This document shows, piece by piece, positions 20,010-28,871 of a DNA stretch of 64,000 nucleotides (its first letter is position 1; each line of letters begins with the position of its first letter). Source of the stretch: Limibacillus sp. (GTDB taxonomy: Bacteria; Pseudomonadota; Alphaproteobacteria; Kiloniellales; CECT-8803). Made by a program: the position numbers and the translations under genes. The notes under the pieces were generated by a model, which did no database searches, was not told the origin of the DNA, and saw only the letters and a list, made by a program, of their open reading frames with translations. The stretch is taken from assembly GCA_037379885.1 (NCBI GenBank), contig JARRJC010000002.1:42454-106453 (forward strand), written 5' to 3'.

Positions 20010-20061
20010 CAAAAAACGGGGACGGAGCAGGACCCATGGTAACGGCGTCCGGCTCCGCCCC
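20010..20061 (-). terminator. Rho-independent terminator candidate downstream of the mini membrane-protein pair
   Basis: The minus strand reads GGGGCGGAGC...GCTCCGTCCCC: a 10-bp stem with a 1-nt bulge, plus inner GGAC/GTCC pairs. It is followed by GTTTTTTG. Confidence 0.5.
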
Positions 20062-20145
20062 CGAGGTGGGGCAAGCAGTTCTGTTCAAAAATCCCGGTCT
20101 TAGCGGTTCGCGCCAGGAGGGGGAGCTTTTAGCCGCCCCTATCTC

Positions 20146-20295
20146 CTAGCCGCCCATGACGCTGAGCAGCAGGAAGAGCACGCCGCCGAACAACAGGCTC
20201 GCGATGGCGAGCTCGCCATAGCCGGCGATGCGGGCAAGACGCGCCTCGCCTTCCTGCGCGTTCTTCAACTCGCGCGACAAGCGGTTGCGGTCCAT
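20146..20295 (-). CDS. Hypothetical 49-aa tail-anchored membrane protein
   Basis: ORF 20146..20361 trimmed to ATG 20295: MDRNRLSRELKNAQEGEARLARIAGYGELAIASLLFGGVLFLLLSVMGG. The ATG lies 4 nt after the stop of the preceding mini-ORF. Confidence 0.45.
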   Translation of the reverse strand: MDRNRLSRELKNAQEGEARLARIAGYGELAIASLLFGGVLFLLLSVMGG

Positions 20296-20299
20296 GTCC

Positions 20300-20407
20300 T
20301 TAAACTCCCACGACGATCCAAAGGAACCCAGCCGTCGCGGCGGCGAAGGCCAGATAGGCAAAGACCGTTTCCTTCGGCATGTAGACGCGGTTTCTGCGTG
20401 GCGGCAT
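20300..20407 (-). CDS. Hypothetical 35-aa membrane mini-protein (below the ORF-track size cut-off)
   Basis: My translation: MPPRRNRVYMPKETVFAYLAFAAATAGFLWIVVGV*. GAGGAGG SD 5 nt upstream of ATG 20407. Basic N-terminus followed by one hydrophobic helix. Confidence 0.45.
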   Translation of the reverse strand: MPPRRNRVYMPKETVFAYLAFAAATAGFLWIVVGV

Positions 20408-20607
20408 TGTGACCTCCTCGAAACGAAGGTCGTCCCCTTTTGTCGGGTCGATCATAACAGTCTTTACTGTTTTTTAAGAAATATTAATTTTCCACAGTTC
20501 GCGCTCAGGCGGCTGCGCCTTTGCCTTCAAGGCCTTGCGGCCCCATCTTCGTGAGGAGAGCGGCCCCGCCCGCAAGATTCGGCCATGACGACGGAGACAA
20601 GAGCCCG

Positions 20608-21762
20608 ATGACCCGAGAAGCCACCCTCCTTCCCGCCCTCCTGCTGCTGTCCCTTGTCCTGGCAGTCCCGGTACCCGCAGCGGCCCAGGAGTTTGAAAGC
20701 CGGGACTATGCGCTGACCGTCGAGCGCTTGCCAGGCGAACTCGACCATCCCTGGGGCATGACCTTCCTGCCGGACGGCGCGCTGCTGGTGACCGAGCGGC
20801 CCGGACGGCTGCGCATCCTGGAGGGCGCGGCAGGCGGGGCCGAGGGGGTCCGGCTCAGCGAGCCGATCACGGGCCTGCCGAGGGTCTACGCCTCGGGCCA
20901 GGGCGGGCTGCTCGACGTGGCGCTCGACCCGGCCTTTTCGGAGAACCGGCTGATCTACCTCTCCTACGCCGAGGCGGGCGACGGCGGCGCGGGCACGGCG
21001 GTCGCCCGCGCGCGCCTGAACCGCGAGGCGCTGGCGCTGGACGGCCTTCAGGTGATCTTCCGCATGCAGCCCAAGACCTCCGGCGGGCGGCACTTCGGCT
21101 CGCGTCTGGTCTTCGGGGCGGACGGCGCGCTCTTCGTCACCCTGGGCGATCGCGGCGAGCGGGAGCGCGCGCAGGACCCCGGCGTCAACCGGGGACAGGT
21201 GGTGCGCATCAACCCGGACGGCTCGATCCCGGCGGACAATCCCTTCGTCGGGCGCGCGGGCTACCGGCCGGAGATCTGGTCCTTCGGCCACCGCAACCCG
21301 CAGGGCGCGGCCCTGCACCCTGAGACCCGCGAGCTCTGGACCATCGAGCACGGCGCGCGCGGCGGCGACGAGGTGAACCGCCCCCTGCCCGGCCGCAACT
21401 ACGGCTGGCCGGTGATCTCCTACGGGCGGCACTATTCCGGCGGCCAGATCGGCGTCGGCACGGAGAAGGAGGGCATGGAGCAGCCGGTCTACTACTGGGA
21501 CCCCTCCATCGCGCCGGGCGACGCCACCTTCTATGACGGCGATCTCTTCCCGGCCTGGCAGGGCGACCTGCTGGTCACCGCGCTCAAATACCGCCTCTTG
21601 GTGCGCCTGGATATGGAGGACGGCGAAGTGACCGGCGAGGAGCGCCTGCTTGAAGGCCTGGGCCAGCGCCTCCGCGACGTCGAGGTCGGCCCCGACGGCG
21701 CGATCTACCTGCTCCTCGACGAAGATGGCGCGGCGGTCCTGAGGGTGACCCCGGCGGGGTGA
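20608..21762 (+). CDS. PQQ-dependent soluble sugar dehydrogenase (YliI / sorbosone dehydrogenase family), secreted
   Basis: ORF 20521..21762 trimmed to ATG 20608, giving signal peptide MTREATLLPALLLLSLVLAVPVPAAAQ. Motifs: GHRNPQGAALHP..., HGARGGDEVN and GRNYGWPVISYG. Confidence 0.85.
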   Translation: MTREATLLPALLLLSLVLAVPVPAAAQEFESRDYALTVERLPGELDHPWGMTFLPDGALLVTERPGRLRILEGAAGGAEGVRLSEPITGLPRVYASGQGGLLDVALDPAFSENRLIYLSYAEAGDGGAGTAVARARLNREALALDGLQVIFRMQPKTSGGRHFGSRLVFGADGALFVTLGDRGERERAQDPGVNRGQVVRINPDGSIPADNPFVGRAGYRPEIWSFGHRNPQGAALHPETRELWTIEHGARGGDEVNRPLPGRNYGWPVISYGRHYSGGQIGVGTEKEGMEQPVYYWDPSIAPGDATFYDGDLFPAWQGDLLVTALKYRLLVRLDMEDGEVTGEERLLEGLGQRLRDVEVGPDGAIYLLLDEDGAAVLRVTPAG

Positions 21763-21816
21763 ACAAGGCGGTCTTGGCGCGCCCTCGCGTGCTCGTCCAT
21801 CAGGCACCGCAACTGG

Positions 21817-22056
21817 CTAGTCCACCGGCTCCCACCGTCGATAGACCCGGGCGTCCAAGGTGTTCAGATAGCCGAGCGGTTCATCGGTCACGGCGAATTC
21901 GATGTCGACGGCTTCCAAGCCCCTAACGAGGCTGCTGGAGAAGTTGAGGGCGACTATTTCCGCGTTCTCCCGGTCGGTCTCCGTGGCTTCCTCCTAGACA
22001 TAGAAACGGAACAGCGCGCGCTTCCCGCCGTACTTGAAGGCGAGGCGCTTCAGGTC
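21817..22056 (-). pseudogene. Possible decayed gene fragment with an in-frame TAG and no start codon
   Basis: My translation: DLKRLAFKYGGKRALFRFYV*EEATETDRENAEIVALNFSSSLVRGLEAVDIEFAVTDEPLGYLNTLDARVYRRWEPVD*. The composition looks protein-like and the codons are visibly less GC-biased than in neighbouring genes. I recognise no family. Confidence 0.3.
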
Positions 22057-22108
22057 CTGTCCGCTAGGTCCTGTCCGCTAGGTCCTGTCCGCTAGGTCCC
22101 GTCCATGA
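22053..22108. repeat. 14-bp tandem repeat: ggtcctgtccgcta x3 plus one degenerate copy, ggtcccgtccatga
   Basis: Three identical units at 22053, 22067 and 22081. A 10/14 match follows at 22095. The TAG stop of the cyclase-STAND gene is the CTA of the last perfect unit. Confidence 0.9.
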
Positions 22109-25100
22109 GCGCGCGGCGTTCGGCGTTGATGGTCTGCTCCAAGCGCAGCCAGTCGAGCCCGGCCACGGTCTTGCCCGCCTCCTCCAGCGCGGCGGCGGCG
22201 GCGGCGTTGTCGCCCTGCCGCCGGGCGTGGCGGGCGTGGAGCAATTGCGCTTCGGCGAGCAGGCCGCGCATGTCGAGCGCCGCCGCCTCGCGCCGCAGAT
22301 CCTCGAACAGCCGCTCGAAGACCTGCTCGAAGGCCGGCGGCCTCTCCTGCCTCGCACCGCGCCACCGGCCCCAGAATCCGCGCGCGCCGCACTTTTCCTC
22401 CGCCCCGTCCAGCAGGCCCGCGCGCAGCAGTTCCAGGCGGGCGAAGCAAGCGGCGCGGCGGTTGCCGCTCTCTTCGAAGTGGGCAACCCCCTCCTTCAGC
22501 CAGGCCCGCGCGCGCTCCACCTCCCCTTCCTCGGCCAGCGCGCGGCCATAGGCGGCGTCGCCGGCATAGGCGAAGAAGAGCGCGCCGATGCGGTCGCTGC
22601 GCCAGGGCGCCTCGCGCAGCAGCGCAAGCCCCTCCTGCCGCTGGCCCACGGCGCAGAGCGTCATCCCCTGGGACAGCCGCGCCATCATGTCGTCGAAGCC
22701 GCAGGCGGCGGCCTCGCGCCCCTCGGCGCAGGCCTTCAGCGCTTCCGCCGCGTTACCGATCCGGGCCTCGGAATCGGCCAGCAGGCAGGAGCCCCAGCAG
22801 GCCGCTGGCGGATAGGCCGAAGAGCGGCCGAACTCGATCAGCTCCAGCGCCAGGCGCCGGGCCTTTCCGATCTCCCCCCGCTGGGTCGCAGCGGCCCACT
22901 GCGGATAGAGGCCCAGCAGCATCAGGTAGTTCTCCGACAGCTCCCCGCCCAGCGCCATCAGGCTGCGGCAGCGCGCATCGAAGGTCTCGGGCGTCGCGGC
23001 CTCTCCGCAGATGCTGTCGAGCCAGAGCAGCTCGCCGCGCGCGTAGCCGGCCGCCTTCTCCACCTCCAGGCCTTCTGCGATGGCGAGCGCCTTGCCCAGG
23101 GTTTCGCGCGCCTCGTCGAGACGGCCGGCGTGCATGTAGCCCTCGCCGATCCAGGTGAGCGCGAAGGAGACCTCCTCGATCTCCCCCAGCGCGCGGATGG
23201 CAGCGAGGTTGTTCTGCGCCAGGGAGACCATGCCCGGAAAGTCCAGGTTCCAGCAGCGCACCTGGGAGAGGTTGACGATGGAGCTGGCGCGTAAAATCTC
23301 CTCCTCGCGCTCCCCCTGTTCGGGCAGCAGTTCGATGCAGCGCGAGAACCAGGTCTCCGCATCCTTCAGCGCGAAGAACTCCAGCGCCCGCTGGCCCGCG
23401 AGATGCGCGTAGCGGCTGGCGAGGCGCGGCGCGCCGCCCTCCTCGAAGTGGCGGGCAAGTTCGGAGGCCACCTCCTGCTCGCGCCCTTCGTAGCCGGCGG
23501 CCAGACGCTCGCCGAGACGCCGGTGAAGCTGCTCGCGGTTCTCCTTCAGAAGGCTCGCGTAGATCGCATCTTGCAGCAGCGCGTGGTGGAAGCGGTAGAA
23601 GCCCGGCGTCTGCGGGTCGTGATGGATCAGCCGCGCCCGCTCCAACTCCGCCATCAGCGCGCGGTCCTCATTGGATTCCAGGATCAAGCCGCCGTCGAAG
23701 CGGCGGCCCGCGACGGAGGCCAACTCGGCCAGCGAGCGGGCCGCCTGCGAGAGGCTGTCGACCCTCTGCATCAGGAGGCCGGCAAGCGTGTCGGGAACGC
23801 CCGCCTCCTCGTCCGGCCGCCGCGCGCGCTGCCCGCCCAGGTGCTGGCCCAGCGCTTCCAGGAACAGCGGGTTGCCGCCTGCGCGCTCCACGATCTCGCG
23901 CAGCGCTTTCTCGTCCTCCGCAGCTGCGCCGCTCAACTGCGCGTTCAGGATCATGAGACCCTCGTCCGCCAGCAGCGGCTCCAGGTCGAGCAGTTCCACG
24001 CCGCCCCCCTCCGGCCAGGGAGAGGCGTAGCGCCGCCGCGCCGTCATCAGCAGCAACAGGCCCTTGCGGTTAGGGTCGGCCACCAAGCGCAGCAGCAGCG
24101 CCTGAGAGCGCTCGTCGATCCAATGCAGGTCGTTGATGAAAAGGATGGTGGGCGCCAGACGGCCCAGCCCCAGGAAGTGCTTGACGAGCGCATCCTCACT
24201 GCGGCGGCCGACAAGGTCGGGCCGCACCGCCGCGCGGGCCGGATGGTCCAGATCGAGCAGCCTCAGCAGATAGGGGATCTCCTCGCTCTCATCCAAGCCG
24301 TCGCGCAGCATCCGTTCCACCACCGCTCCGGTATCCGTTTCGCCGGCTTCCGCTGCCCCCGCGCCGCCCAGGTACTCGCGGCGCAGAAGGTCGACGAAGG
24401 GATAGAAAGCGGTCGAGGTGGCGTTCGAGGCGCAGTGCCCGTGAAGGAGCTTCGCCCGCCCCTCGATCTGCCCCAGGAATTCGGCGACCAGCCGGGATTT
24501 CCCGATCCCGGCCTCGCCTCTGACCTGGACGGCGACGGGCTCGCCCAGCTGGGTGCGCGAAAAGGCGGCGGCGAGCAGGCCCAGTTCCCGGCGGCGGCCG
24601 ATCAGCGGGGTCTGCTCGTCGATCCCGCCGCTTTCCAAACCCTTCTTGGCGTCGGCGAGACCGGTGACTTTCCAGGCCGCCACCTCCTCGGAAAAACCCT
24701 TGAGGCGCTGTGGGCCGAGGGCCTCGCTCGCGACCTGCCTTTCGACCAGCCGGAAGGTTCGCGGACCGATCACCAGACTGTTGGAGGGAGCGATGGCCTG
24801 TAGACGGGCGGCGAGGTTCGGCGTCTCTCCCACCACGGTGTGCTCCTGAGAGGCCGCCTCGCCGATGATGTCGCCGACCACGACGAGGCCCGTCTCGACC
24901 CCGATCCTGACCGCCAGAGGCGGGTCAGCGGTCATGACGCTTCTGATGAGGCTGAGGGATGCGCGGACCGCGCGGAGCGGGTCGTCCTCGTTGGCCTTGG
25001 GGTAGCCGAAATAGGCCAGGACGCCGTCGCCCAGGTACTTGGCGACGTAGCCACCCTCCCCCTCGATCGCCGTTCTGGCCCAGTCCTGATAGCGGCGCAG

Positions 25101-25409
25101 CGTGGCGCGGTAGGCTTCCAGCCCCAGGCTTTGCGACAGCTCGGTGGAGGCCACAAGATCGGCGAAGACCAGGGTCAGTTGCCGCTTGTGCCCGCTGCTT
25201 TGCGCCGGCGCGGTTTCCCCCGGGGCGGCGCGAAGTTCCTCCAGAGCTTTCAGAATCTTCTTGCGGTGCCCGAGCGCGGCCACGCCCAGGTCCTTCAGGT
25301 CCCGGTCGGTCAACTCCAGCAGGGTATCGCTGTCGATCGCGTTCTCAGCGAAGGCCTCGCCATAGGCTTCCAGCCCCAGGCCGCTGAGAAACTCCTCAAC
25401 GTCGGGCAA
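22092..25409 (-). CDS. SAM domain - class III adenylate cyclase - STAND/AAA_16 ATPase - TPR multidomain protein
   Basis: - SAM: LSGLGLEAYGEAFAENAIDSDTLLELTDRDLKDLGVAALGHRKKILKALEEL.
- Cyclase: LVFADLVAST, AKYLGDGVLAYFG, HTVVGETPNLAARL.
- P-loop GEAGIGKS and Walker B ILFINDLHWID.
- The C-terminal half is TPR-like.
- I placed the start at TTG 25409 (GGGAGGGA SD 6 nt upstream). An alternative TTG lies at 25457. The track ATG at 25841 is rejected. Confidence 0.85.
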   Translation of the reverse strand: MPDVEEFLSGLGLEAYGEAFAENAIDSDTLLELTDRDLKDLGVAALGHRKKILKALEELRAAPGETAPAQSSGHKRQLTLVFADLVASTELSQSLGLEAYRATLRRYQDWARTAIEGEGGYVAKYLGDGVLAYFGYPKANEDDPLRAVRASLSLIRSVMTADPPLAVRIGVETGLVVVGDIIGEAASQEHTVVGETPNLAARLQAIAPSNSLVIGPRTFRLVERQVASEALGPQRLKGFSEEVAAWKVTGLADAKKGLESGGIDEQTPLIGRRRELGLLAAAFSRTQLGEPVAVQVRGEAGIGKSRLVAEFLGQIEGRAKLLHGHCASNATSTAFYPFVDLLRREYLGGAGAAEAGETDTGAVVERMLRDGLDESEEIPYLLRLLDLDHPARAAVRPDLVGRRSEDALVKHFLGLGRLAPTILFINDLHWIDERSQALLLRLVADPNRKGLLLLMTARRRYASPWPEGGGVELLDLEPLLADEGLMILNAQLSGAAAEDEKALREIVERAGGNPLFLEALGQHLGGQRARRPDEEAGVPDTLAGLLMQRVDSLSQAARSLAELASVAGRRFDGGLILESNEDRALMAELERARLIHHDPQTPGFYRFHHALLQDAIYASLLKENREQLHRRLGERLAAGYEGREQEVASELARHFEEGGAPRLASRYAHLAGQRALEFFALKDAETWFSRCIELLPEQGEREEEILRASSIVNLSQVRCWNLDFPGMVSLAQNNLAAIRALGEIEEVSFALTWIGEGYMHAGRLDEARETLGKALAIAEGLEVEKAAGYARGELLWLDSICGEAATPETFDARCRSLMALGGELSENYLMLLGLYPQWAAATQRGEIGKARRLALELIEFGRSSAYPPAACWGSCLLADSEARIGNAAEALKACAEGREAAACGFDDMMARLSQGMTLCAVGQRQEGLALLREAPWRSDRIGALFFAYAGDAAYGRALAEEGEVERARAWLKEGVAHFEESGNRRAACFARLELLRAGLLDGAEEKCGARGFWGRWRGARQERPPAFEQVFERLFEDLRREAAALDMRGLLAEAQLLHARHARRQGDNAAAAAALEEAGKTVAGLDWLRLEQTINAERRALMDGT

Positions 25410-25595
25410 ACCCGATCCCTCCCATGTTTCCAGAAGGAGTCTACCATAGAGCGGCAATAAGAGATCCCCGCCAGCTCTTCCCGAGTAAGCAGCCGTGAAA
25501 CGCCGGATGACCCGGCCCAGGCGTATTGCGGTCTTGAGGCGCGGGGAAGCAATGCTAGGTTCTCTGGCGCGCCGCTCTTCAAGAAGCCGGATTGG

Positions 25596-25799
25596 ATGGG
25601 CCCGATGACCGACTCTGAACAGATTTCCCGCCTGCTGCATGACGCCAACGGATCCGTTCAGGCGATCGTGACCTTTCTCGAATTCCTGGAGGATGAGCCG
25701 CTTTCCGAGGAGGTTCGCAGCGAGCTTGAAGCGACCCTGGAGAAGAGCGACAAGCTGATCCGGGAACTGCGCGAGCTCCGGCAACTCCTGCCGCGTTAG
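25596..25799 (+). CDS. Stand-alone histidine-kinase DHp (HisKA)-like helical-hairpin mini-protein, 64-67 aa
   Basis: MGPMTDSEQISRLLHDANGSVQAIVTFLEFLEDEPLSEEVRSELEATLEKSDKLIRELRELRQLLPR. LHDANGSVQAIVTFLEFL resembles the H-box aHDfNNlLtvIxGxxELl. Two amphipathic helices and no ATPase domain. The start may be the ATG at 25605. Confidence 0.55.
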   Translation: MGPMTDSEQISRLLHDANGSVQAIVTFLEFLEDEPLSEEVRSELEATLEKSDKLIRELRELRQLLPR

Positions 25800-25844
25800 G
25801 CGGCCCGGCGGGCGCCGAAAGGCTCTCTTTCTCTTTGACAAAGA

Positions 25845-25877
25845 AAACGGCGCTGCAAGAGGACTGCAGCGCCGTTT
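25845..25877. terminator. Bidirectional rho-independent terminator between the mini-protein gene (+) and katG (-)
   Basis: aaacggcgctgca-agaggac-tgcagcgccgttt, a perfect 13-bp stem. On the minus strand it is followed by TTTTCTTTGTC. Confidence 0.8.
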
Positions 25878-25926
25878 CCGGTATAGGGTCGGACCCGGCG
25901 GGTCCGGGGATCCCTAAAGGGGGTCC

Positions 25927-28158
<2,232 letters not shown>

Positions 28159-28166
28159 TCATGAAG

Positions 28167-28196
28167 ATAATAATTAGAATTATTCTAAACAAGCAA
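28167..28196 (-). promoter_or_regulatory. Candidate katG promoter with a PerR/Fur-type 7-1-7 operator in the spacer
   Basis: Minus strand: TTGCTT (28196..28191), 18-nt spacer, TATTAT (28172..28167). The perfect palindrome TTAGAAT-N-ATTCTAA (28174..28188) lies entirely inside the spacer. Confidence 0.5.
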
Positions 28197-28258
28197 ATTC
28201 GGCTGACCGCACCCAAGACCCTCTCCGGGCGCACTGGAATCCGTGGCGCTCTGCGCCG

Positions 28259-28681
28259 TCAGGACCCTCTATTGAGCCTCTCCAGCCCCCGGATGCCGTC
28301 GGCGTAGGCGCTCTCGAACATCTCCTTCATGGAGGCCTCGACCTCCGGGCTCGCATCGAAGCGGCAGGACCAGGAGACCTTGGAGCAGCCGCCGCCGGCG
28401 TCCTCCACCGTCACGGTCCCCACGTAGTTCTCGATGGGCAGGGGCGATTTCAGGGTCTTGTAGACGAGCCTGCGCGCGCCGTCGTCGAGAGACTCCAGCC
28501 GTTCGTGGAACTCTCCGCCGTCCGGAAGGCGCAAGACCCGGGTCGCGCCCTCGCCCTCTCCTTGAGTGGTCGAACTCGCGAAGACGGAAAAGAAGGTCTC
28601 CAAGCCCGAGAAAGCCCGGATCATGCGCCAGACCGGCTCCGCCGGCGCGGCGATCGTGGTGCTGTAGTGAACTTCGGCCAT
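28259..28681 (-). CDS. SRPBCC (Bet v1 / polyketide-cyclase-like) family protein
   Basis: 140 aa, MAEVHYSTTIAAPAEPVWRMIRAFSGLETFF...VEDAGGGCSKVSWSCRFDA... Confidence 0.75.
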   Translation of the reverse strand: MAEVHYSTTIAAPAEPVWRMIRAFSGLETFFSVFASSTTQGEGEGATRVLRLPDGGEFHERLESLDDGARRLVYKTLKSPLPIENYVGTVTVEDAGGGCSKVSWSCRFDASPEVEASMKEMFESAYADGIRGLERLNRGS

Positions 28682-28871
28682 CCTTGTCTCCTCCCGTTCT
28701 TGCGGCCGGGATGAGGGGGAGCTTCACCGTCGCGGCCGCTCCTGCCAGGCCGGAAAAGTCTACGCCTCCCGCCTTGCCCCGGCAAATCTGCGCCGCTCGT
28801 CGCCTGGAGAGCGAAGATGGACCCTCCGGATGGGGTGCCCTAAGCTTGCAGGGGATTAGGGAGCGTCCAAG

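Noticed and set aside
19671-20145. Searched the 275-bp gap for an ncRNA or a plus-strand gene (ORF 19894..20103).
   Set aside because: The plus-strand ORF is Arg/Gly-rich and lacks an SD. The only strong structure is explained as the terminator of the mini-protein operon (20010..20061).
16274-22056. Idea that the two in-frame TAGs (adaptor gene and decayed fragment) reflect amber read-through, pyrrolysine or a reassigned codon.
   Set aside because: TAG is used as an ordinary stop by several intact genes here: the LivH-type permease, the hydrolase at 1488, the cyclase-STAND gene, the macro-domain gene, nth and DUF4336. No pyl-type genes are in the window. Independent nonsense decay or a sequencing error is simpler.
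22053-22108. The 14-bp repeats as a CRISPR array or coding phase-variation tract.
   Set aside because: The units are directly abutting with no spacers, and 14 bp is far too short for CRISPR repeats. The protein C-terminus is unchanged whatever the copy number, so there is no frame-switching effect.
25410-25841. 144-codon N-terminal extension of the cyclase-STAND ORF back to the ATG at 25841.
   Set aside because: The extension is Arg-rich and domain-less, and it runs antisense through the better-looking DHp mini-protein ORF. The SAM domain begins right after a TTG with a GGGAGGGA SD at 25409.
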